From NCBI GenBank assembly GCA_963729495.1, contig CAVSOM010000013.1, forward strand, positions 7,247 through 71,246: a DNA stretch of 64,000 bases. Direction: 5' to 3'. Numbering within the stretch: the stretch's first letter is position 1; the number at the start of each line of letters is the position of its first letter. The DNA is from an uncultured Gemmatimonadaceae bacterium (lineage in GTDB: Bacteria; Gemmatimonadota; Gemmatimonadetes; Gemmatimonadales; Gemmatimonadaceae). Below the pieces are notes generated by a model, which saw nothing but the letters and a program-made list of their open reading frames with translations, did no database searches and was not told the DNA's origin. Below are positions 57,149-64,000 of this stretch, piece after piece. A program made the position numbers and the translations under genes.

Positions 57149-57663
57149 ATACTCTCCCACCGTCGTTCATGCGCCAACAGCCACCGCTTCCGCTCGATCC
57201 CGCCCCCGAAGCCGGTGAGCGAGCCGTCCGCGCCCACCACGCGGTGGCACGGCACCACGATGGAGATCGGGTTGCGGCCGTTGGCCGCGCCCACGGCCCG
57301 CGATCCGTTGGGCGTGCCCAGGGTACGGGCCAGCGCGCCGTACGACGTGACCTCGCCGAACGGGATCCCGCGCAACTCGGCCCAGACGGCATGCTGGAAG
57401 GGCGTGCCGGCCGGCGCGAGTGGCAGATCGAACCGACGCCGCGTTCCCGCGAAATACTCGTCGAGTTGGCGTCGGGCCTCGGCCAGCGTCCGCGACGCCG
57501 TTTCGCTGCCGCCGGGGTCCGCGCGCCAGGCAGCCTCCTCGAGCGGCGGCGGCCCATGGCGCCGCTGCTCGAAGTACACGGCCACGAGGCCGTCGCGCGC
57601 CGCGGCGAGGGTGAGCGTGCCGACCGGGCTCGGCATGGCGGCTCGATAGACGGGGTCGGACAT
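57133..57663 (-). CDS. ogt: O6-alkylguanine-DNA alkyltransferase (MGMT/Ogt)
   Basis: ORF 57133..57729, start ATG 57663 preferred ([21 protein letters not shown]). Motifs [42 protein letters not shown] (active-site PCHR) and LTGFGGG. Confidence 0.85.
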   Translation of the reverse strand: MSDPVYRAAMPSPVGTLTLAAARDGLVAVYFEQRRHGPPPLEEAAWRADPGGSETASRTLAEARRQLDEYFAGTRRRFDLPLAPAGTPFQHAVWAELRGIPFGEVTSYGALARTLGTPNGSRAVGAANGRNPISIVVPCHRVVGADGSLTGFGGGIERKRWLLAHERRWESMRVRE

Positions 57664-58003
57664 TGGCTTGGGGTGCGGGGAGCCGCGTGCGAGGCGGCGT
57701 GCGTGCACACTCGCACCGGATCGGGCCATGCGTCAACCGTGCGCGGTCGGTGGGCCCGGGTAATCCACATCAAAAAAGTGCTTCGGACGCCGCGCGTGTG
57801 GACAAGCCGGGCGTACTCTTTCCCCCCGTTCGTCGTCCTTGAAACAGGGGTAGTCCGGCGCGGCAAAAGCATTATATTGCCGCAACTGATTGAGCGGCTG
57901 TGGTGGGCAGCGGTTCAGTGCCTCCACGCGCGCCGTCCCGTTCGGCGGTCGATTCGTTCCGCGTCGGCCGTTCCCACCTCGTAAGTGCGGGAGTCCCACT
58001 CGC

Positions 58004-59203
58004 ATGGTCTTCGAGTTCGAAGAAAGCGCGCATCAGCACGCCCGGATGAAGGTCGTGGGCGTTGGCGGCGGGGGCGGCAACGCCGTCAATCGCATGATCG
58101 AAGAGCGCCTCGAGCAGGTGGAGTTCATCTCCGTCAATACGGACAACCAGGCCCTCCTGAACTCGCAGTCGGACATCAAGGTTCAGATCGGCAAGAAGCT
58201 GACCCGCGGGCTCGGGCGCCGGCGCGCGGCCCGAGATCGGGCGGCAGGCGATCGAGGAGAACCGGGACGAGGTGGGCGCGGCGCTCCAGGAAGCGGACCT
58301 GGTGTTCATCACCTGCGGCATGGGCGGCGGCACCGGCACCGGCGCGGCGCCCGGTCGTGGCGGAACTGGCCCGCGAGGCGGGCGCGCTCACGGTGGGCAT
58401 CGTCACCAAGCCGTTCCTGTTCGAGGGGCGCAAGCGCATGCGGCAGGCGGAGCAGGGCATCGCCGAGATGCGCAAGCACGTGGACACGATGATCGTCGTG
58501 CCCAACGAGCGGCTGCTCGCCGTGGTGGGCAAGGGCATCCCGTTCCAGGACGCGCTCAAGAAGGCGGACGAGGTGCTGCTCCACGCCACGCAGGGCATCA
58601 GCACGCTGATCACCAAGCCCGGCCTGGTGAACGTGGACTTCGCGGACGTGCGCACGGTGATGCGGGAGGGCGGCTCGGCGCTCATGGGCACGGGCATCGG
58701 CCGCGGCGAGAACCGCGCCATGGAAGCCGCGCAGCAGGCCATCTCGAGCCCGCTGCTCGACAACGTGTCGATTTCCGGGTCGCGCGGCGTGCTGCTCAAC
58801 ATCACCGGCGGCGGCGATCTCACGCTCGGCGAAGTCACCCAGATCAGCGACATCGTCCACGACGCGGCCGGCGACGACGCCGAGATCATCTTCGGCGCCG
58901 TCCACGAGCCCGGCCATGCAGGGCGAGCTGCGCGTGACGGTTATCGCCACGGGGTTCGACAAGACCGTGTCCACGGGGCTCACGCCCGCGCACGACCATC
59001 CGGGGCTCGGCCGCGGCGCGCCGGTTATTCCGTTCCCGGGCGCACGTGCCGGCCGCACGGGCGGCGTCCAGCCGCGGTCCGCCGGTTCCCAGGGCGCGGA
59101 TCCGCAGCGCCCGGCCCGGCCGGCCGCCGGCGACAAGGACAAGGGGGCGGGCGATCTGAGCGACATGGAGATCCCGACCTTCATTCGGAGGCAGATGGAT
59201 TGA
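58004..59203 (+). CDS. ftsZ: Cell-division tubulin homolog FtsZ (3 frame breaks as sequenced)
   Basis: ATG 58004: MVFEFEE...[16 protein letters not shown]...TRGLG | [38 protein letters not shown] | [19 protein letters not shown]...[11 protein letters not shown]...LNITGG...VHEP | [15 protein letters not shown] ... C-terminal peptide [13 protein letters not shown]. Pieces lie in the frames of ORFs 57890, 58272, 57985 and 58916. Breaks are at 58217, ~58350-58353 and ~58912. Confidence 0.9.
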
Positions 59204-59205
59204 AG

Positions 59206-60471
59206 GTGCACACCGCGCGCGCCATCACGTATTCGGTGGTGGCGGTTCTTGCCGTCCTCGCCATTCGGAGCACGCCGCCGCTCGCCCAGCGGCCGGCGGC
59301 CGCCGTGTTGGCCGATTCCGGGCCGATCCCGAGTTGGAAGCTCACGTTCGACAGCGTGGCCCGCGGCGAGACCCTGGTCAACGTGCTCGAACGCGGCGGA
59401 CTGAGCGACACGGCCGCCGGCCACGTGGTCCTCGCGGCCACCTCGCTCGATCCGCGGCGCATTCCCACCGGGCTGCCGGTGGCGGTGCTCAACGCTTCGC
59501 CCGCCGATTCGCAGCCCGTCGAGGTGGTGGTCCAGCTCGCGGTGGACCACTTCCTGCATCTCGTGCGCGGGCCCACGGGCTGGACCGAGCGCGACGAGCG
59601 CCTGCCCTGGAAGACCGACACCGTGGCGGTGCTGGGCACCATCCACTCCAATCTGTACCAGGCCATGTACGACGCGGCCGACAGCACGCTGTCGCGCGAC
59701 GCCCAGACGGCGCTCGTCGTCAAGCTGGCCGACGACGTGTACGAATACCGCGTGGACATGAGCCGCGACCTGCAGGACGGCGACACCTTCCGCGTGCTGG
59801 CCGAGCGGAGCCGGCTCTCCAACGGCACGACGCGGATCGGCGACATCGTGGCCGCGCAGCTCGACCTCTCGGGCACCGAGATCGACGCCGTGCACTACAC
59901 CAGCGACCGACTCGCCGGCGACTACTTCGATCAGCGGGGGCGGTCGCTCAAGGCGGCGTTCCTGCGCGCCCCGCTCCTGTTCAAGTACATCTCGAGCGGA
60001 TTCGGCAACCGGTATCACCCGATCCTCAAGCTCTGGCGCGACCACAAGGGCATCGACTACGCGGCCAACGCCGGCACGCCGGTGCGGGCCATCGGCAACG
60101 GCGTCGTGGCGCGGGCGGGCTGGGCGAGCGGCTACGGCAACCTGATCGAGATCCGGCATCCGAACGGCTTCATCGTCGCGCTACGGCCACCTGCGCGCCT
60201 TCGCCCAGGGCATCCACGCCGGCGCGCGCGTGGACATCGGCGAGACGATCGGCTACGTGGGGATGACCGGCCTCGCCACCGGACCCGCACCTGCACTTCG
60301 AATTCCTCGTGGTGCGGCGTGCAGCGCGATCCGCGCGTGGCGCTCCGGAACGTGGGCGGCGAGCCGATTCCGGCGGCCCTCATGGCGTCGTTCGACTCGG
60401 TGCGCGACCGGCTCATGGGCGAGCTGCTGGCCGGCACGGGCGGCGCGGCCGCCACCGTCGCGCAACGCTAG
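59206..60471 (+). CDS. M23-family (LytM-type) peptidoglycan endopeptidase (3 frame breaks as sequenced)
   Basis: Continuation of ORF 57985..60471 after the ftsZ stop (TTG 59200 or GTG 59206). TM/signal [16 protein letters not shown]-terminal [22 protein letters not shown]...[13 protein letters not shown] | RYGHLRAF...[12 protein letters not shown] | HLHFEFLV | GVQRDP. Breaks are at ~60175, ~60287 and ~60315. Confidence 0.8.
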   Translation: MHTARAITYSVVAVLAVLAIRSTPPLAQRPAAAVLADSGPIPSWKLTFDSVARGETLVNVLERGGLSDTAAGHVVLAATSLDPRRIPTGLPVAVLNASPADSQPVEVVVQLAVDHFLHLVRGPTGWTERDERLPWKTDTVAVLGTIHSNLYQAMYDAADSTLSRDAQTALVVKLADDVYEYRVDMSRDLQDGDTFRVLAERSRLSNGTTRIGDIVAAQLDLSGTEIDAVHYTSDRLAGDYFDQRGRSLKAAFLRAPLLFKYISSGFGNRYHPILKLWRDHKGIDYAANAGTPVRAIGNGVVARAGWASGYGNLIEIRHPNGFIVALRPPARLRPGHPRRRARGHRRDDRLRGDDRPRHRTRTCTSNSSWCGVQRDPRVALRNVGGEPIPAALMASFDSVRDRLMGELLAGTGGAAATVAQR

Positions 60472-60522
60472 CCGCGGCCGCGAGCCCCCGCGGCGCGGCT
60501 GGCCGGGCGGTCCGGGCCTGAC

Positions 60523-62324
60523 GTGCGCTGGCTGATCGCGGCGCTCCTGGGGCTGGCCGGCGCGGCGCTCCAGTACGGGTGGGCGTCGCCTCGCCGCGTG
60601 CTCGCCGCGCCGGCGCCGGCCCTCCTCCGCGCCGCCGCCCTCACCGTCGTCCTGGCGCTGCTCCTCGACGCGCCGGGCGGTGCCGCCCCGGCTGCCCCGG
60701 CCGTGGGCCGCGCTCGACGCCTCGGCGAGCATGGCCCGCGCCGGCGTCGCGCCGGCCTGGCGGGCGGCCGTGGACTCGGCCCGCGCCGTGGGCGGCGATT
60801 CACTGTGGGTGTTCGGCGACTCGCTGCGTGCCGCCGCGCCACCCGAACGCCCCGTCGATACGCGTTCCGATATGGAGCCGGTGGTCGCGCGCGCGCTGGC
60901 CGGCGGCCGCCCCGCGGTCGTGATCACCGACGGCGAGGGCGCGCGCGCCGACCTGCTGCGCCGGCTCCCCGCCGGCTCGCGGGTGGTCGTCGTGCCCCAC
61001 GCGCGCGCCCCCGACGCGGCGGCGGTGGCGCTCGACGCGCCGCGCGCGGCCGTGGGCGGGGACTCGGCGGACGTGCGGCTCACGATCGGCGCCGGCCCGG
61101 GCGGCAGCGCCGCCGGCACGGCCCGCGTGCTCCTCGACGGCCGCCTGCTGGCCACGCGGCCGTTCGACGCCCTCGGCCCGTATGCCCAGCGCGACTTCAC
61201 GGTCCGCGTTCGCCTGGACGGCGCCGAGGGTCCCGCCGTACTCAGCGCCGTGGTGACCGCGTCCGGCGACGCCGAACCGCGCAACGACACGCTGGGTATC
61301 GGACTCGACCTTTCGCGGCAGCCCGGCGCGGTGTTCGTGTCCACGTCGCCCGACTACGACGCACGCTACGCGCTGGCCGTCCTCCGGGGGGCGCTCGCGC
61401 TGCCCACGCGGGCGTTCTTCCTCCTGTCGCCCGGGCAACTGGCGCGCAGGACGGCAGCTACGCGCCGGTGACCGAGGCCCAGGTGCGCTCGGCGTTCCAC
61501 GACGCGCCGGTCGCGGTGCTGCACGGCGACACGGCCGCCTTCGGGCCGCCGCGTGCCGCCACTCGCGCCCCGCTGGCCCTCATCGTGCCCAACGCCGGCG
61601 ACGGCAACGAGTGGTACGCCGCCGCGGCGCCGCCCTCTCCGCTCGCCGCGGCGCTCGCCGGCGCGGCGTGGGATTCGCTCCCCCGCTCCTCGTGGCGGGT
61701 GCCGAGCCACGGGGGCAGTGGCGCGCCCTCCAGGTGCGCCGCGGGCGCGAGGCCGTGCTGCGCACGATCGTGGCCGGCGACGACGCGCCGCGGCGCGTGG
61801 TGGTCGTGGCCGCGTCGGATCTCTGGCGGTGGCAGTTCCGGGGCGGGGCGTCGGCCGGCGCCTTCATCGCGCTCTGGGGCGGCATCTTCGACTACCTCGC
61901 CTCCGAGCGGGCCGACCGCCGCGCCGCGGTGCCCGACGGCCGCCTCGTGCGCGCCGGCGACCCGGTGGTCTGGCGGCGCGGCGCGGCGGGCGACAGCGCC
62001 GGGACGGTGGTGCTCACGCGCCGCGGCGGCGGCGCGCCCGACACGCTGCGGCTGCGCTTCACCGAGGGCGCGGCGACGGCCGCCACGCCGTCCCTCGCGC
62101 CGGGAATCTACGACGCCGCGATGGCCGGCGGCTCGGCCGTGCTCGTCGTGAACGAGAGCCGGGAGCTGGTGCCGCGCGCGCCGGGGGTCGTGTCGTCCGC
62201 GATCGGCGGGGCGCCGGCCCCGAGCGCCGGGCCGCCGGCGCGGACCATGGGGTGGCCGTACCTGCTGCTCGTGGCGTGTCTCTGCGGCGAGTGGGTGATG
62301 CGCCGCCGTGCGGGATTACGGTGA
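60523..62324 (+). CDS. Hypothetical membrane protein with N- and C-terminal TM anchors (3 frame breaks as sequenced)
   Basis: GTG 60523: MRWLIAALLGLAGAALQYGW...LTVVLALLLDAPG. The frame of ORF 60680 gives WAALDASASMARAG...PAVVITDGEG.... The frame of ORF 60523 gives DGSYAPVTEAQVRSAF.... The frame of ORF 61611 gives ...VVVVAASDLWRWQFRGG...GWPYLLLVACLCGEWVMRRRAGLR. The layout resembles BatA/VWA-like double-anchored proteins, but I cannot confirm the family. Breaks are at ~60675-60705, ~61435-61447 and 61680-61684. Confidence 0.5.
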
Positions 62325-62356
62325 TGGTCCGCCACCCACGCCATTAGATTGCCCCC

Positions 62357-63293
62357 ATGCCGCGCCTCCTCCGCAAATCGGGCGACACGCCCCGCAGGTC
62401 CCTCTGGCAGCGCGTCAAGGACGTGGCGCTGCGCGACGTGGGCGTGCTCGTCCGCGGCGGCGTCGCGGACGGCTCGCTCGAAGCGCTCGAACAGCTGCTG
62501 CTCGAATCGGACTTCGGCGTGCCGGTCACGCTCCGCCTCGTGGCCGGCAGTCGAGGACCAGGCCAGGCGCGGCCAGGTCAGAACCGACGACGAGTTCCGC
62601 CTGGCGCTGGCGGCCGGCGTCGAGCGGGCGCTCCGCGCGGGAAAGAGCGATCCGCGGTTCGTGCTCCCCGACGCCCGGCCGGCGGTCATTCTCATCGTCG
62701 GCGTCAACGGCGCGGGCAAGACCACCTTCATCGGCAAGCTCGCGGCCCGCTTTCGCGCCGAGGGCAAGCGCGTGATGGTCGCCGCGGGCGACACATTTCG
62801 GGCCGGCGCCATCGACCAGCTCCGGGTGTGGGCCCAGCGTACCGGTGCCGAGTTCGTGGGCGCCCAGCCGGGCGGCGATCCGGCCGCCGTGGCCTTCGAT
62901 GCCATCGACGCCTCGATCTCGCGCGGCGTGGACGTGTTGATCGTGGACACCGCCGGCCGCCTGCACACCGCGAGCGGGTTGATGGACGAACTGCGAAAGG
63001 TCGAGCGCGTGATCGCCAAGCGGCTGCCCGGCGCGCCGCACGAGACCCTGCTCGTGCTCGACGGCACCATCGGGCAGAACGCGGTGGTGCAGGCGCGGAC
63101 GTTCGCCGCGGCCGTACCGGTGACCGGGCTCGTGGTGACCAAGCTCGACGGGACGGCCCGGGGCGGGGTGGTGGTGGCGGTGCACGAGGCGATCGACGTG
63201 CCGGTGAAGTTCCTCGGCGTGGGCGAAGCGGCCGAGGATCTCGCGCCATTCGATCCTGCGGAGTTCGCGCGGGAGCTGCTGAGCGACGGGTAG
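62357..63293 (+). CDS. ftsY: Signal-recognition-particle receptor FtsY (frame broken at ~62546 as sequenced)
   Basis: ORF 62357.. (MPRLLRKS...LEQLLLESDFGVPVTLRLV) joins ORF 62349..63293 (AVEDQARRG...ILIVGVNGAGKTTFIGKLA...AAGDTFRAGAIDQL...IVDTAGRLH...VVTKLDGTARGG). Confidence 0.9.
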
Positions 63294-63294
63294 C

Positions 63295-64000
63295 ATGGCC
63301 ACCGCCGGCCCGCGGGTTACGCTCGACACGCCGATCACGTACCTCAAGGGCGTGGGGCCGCGGCGCGCCACGGCGTTCCAGAAGATGCACGTGAAGACCG
63401 CCGGCGACCTGATGTGGCTCGCGCCACATCGCTACGAGGACGCCAGCACCGTGTCGCGCATCGCCTCGTTGCGCACCGGCGCCGACGCCACGGTGATCGG
63501 ACGCGTGATCTCCAAGGGCGTGCTCCCCACGCGCAAGGGGCTGCGCATCTTCCAGGCCGTGCTGCAGGACGACAGCGGCCTGATCGAAGCCGCCTGGCCC
63601 GGGCAGCCGTTCCTCGACCGCGCGATCGACAAGGGCGACGTGCTGCTCGCCTCGGGCACGGTGCGCTTCTACCACGGCCGCCAACTCGCGCCGCGCGAGT
63701 TCGTGAACCTCGGCCCGGACGACGAGGGCACCGCCAGCGGGCGCGTGCTGGCCGTGTATCCGGCCACCGAGGGGCTGTCGTTCAAGGTCATCCGGCACAT
63801 CGTGAACGCCAATCTCGACGGCGCTGCTGCCGCAGGTTGCCGAGTACTTCCCGGCGGAGATCCTCGCGGCGTCCGGCGTGGCCGGCATCGCCGACGCCCT
63901 GCGCATGGTCCACCGGCCGCGCACGATGGCCGAGGCGATCGCGGGGCGCGACCGGCTGGCGTTCGAAGAGCTGTTCTTCGTGCACCTGCTGCACCAGCGC
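63295..64000 (+). CDS. recG: ATP-dependent DNA helicase RecG, N-terminal wedge domain (partial; frame broken at ~63820 as sequenced)
   Basis: My own translation from ATG 63295: MATAGPRVTLDTPITYLKGVGPRRATAFQKMHVKTAGDLMWLAPHRYED...ATVIGRVISKGVLPTRKGLRIFQAVLQDDSGLIEAAWPGQPFL.... After ..NANLD the next frame gives ALLPQVAEYFPAEILAASG...RMVHRP...LAFEELFFVHLLHQR. It runs off the window end. Confidence 0.8.
   Translation, partial: MATAGPRVTLDTPITYLKGVGPRRATAFQKMHVKTAGDLMWLAPHRYEDASTVSRIASLRTGADATVIGRVISKGVLPTRKGLRIFQAVLQDDSGLIEAAWPGQPFLDRAIDKGDVLLASGTVRFYHGRQLAPREFVNLGPDDEGTASGRVLAVYPATEGLSFKVIRHIVNANLDGAAAAGCRVLPGGDPRGVRRGRHRRRPAHGPPAAHDGRGDRGARPAGVRRAVLRAPAAPA

Noticed and set aside
57733-58005. 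90-aa minus-strand ORF in the ogt|ftsZ spacer (and overlapping 57147..57872 / 57872..58339 ORFs)
   Set aside because: Third-codon positions are not GC-enriched (tta, cga, aat, caa tat aat gct ttt, aga gta ...), unlike every convincing gene here. There are no motifs. I treat the region as a non-coding promoter region.

Overview
Very high G+C bacterial chromosomal segment, almost fully coding. It is co-directional on the + strand from 5.6 kb onward, except for one gene (ogt). I see three blocks. (i) 0-20.8 kb is housekeeping: a FadL-like outer-membrane channel plus SGNH lipase, a 985-aa secreted HExxH/beta-propeller protein, tilS-hpt-ftsH-folP-cdaA, a DUF2723 membrane protein, yggS-divIVA, punA, and ileS-dksA/traR-lspA-lspA-rluD. 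(ii) 20.8-40.2 kb is a tightly packed run of 20 genes. It combines a full chemosensory set (cheW, cheY, cheA, cheC, cheR, cheD, cheB, two more CheW) with an MglB-MglA-type Ras-like GTPase module, two extra Roadblock/LC7 proteins, two PATAN(DUF4388)-TPR proteins, large TPR proteins, a tandem DnaA/Hda-like AAA+ protein and an ExeA-like AAA+ ATPase. I found no MCP and no flagellar, pilus or gliding structural genes there. This is the most interesting candidate system in the window. (iii) 40.4-59.2 kb holds tRNA-Val, a secreted TPR-like protein and the dcw cell-division cluster (rsmH, ftsL, ftsI, murE, murF, mraY, murD, ftsW, murG, murC, ftsQ, ftsA, ftsZ). The cluster lacks mraZ, murB and ddl, and has an antisense ogt gene wedged between ftsA and ftsZ. 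After it come an M23 peptidase, a membrane protein, ftsY and the start of recG. Two further points stand out. About 33 single-nucleotide frame disruptions hit otherwise well-conserved genes, including ftsZ, ftsH, ileS, murE, murD and ftsY. They are clustered at 29-37 kb and 58-64 kb, and I read them as sequence or assembly indels rather than true pseudogenes. A family of 8-bp-period tandem repeats (CTGCCCGA and GTACGAGG types) occupies three intergenic spacers. I recognised no rRNA, CRISPR array, transposase, integrase or phage genes. Taxon cannot be determined from the sequence alone; a high-GC diderm such as Gemmatimonadota is only a low-confidence guess. All functional calls rest on motifs I recognised by eye in the supplied or my own translations; no database search was run.
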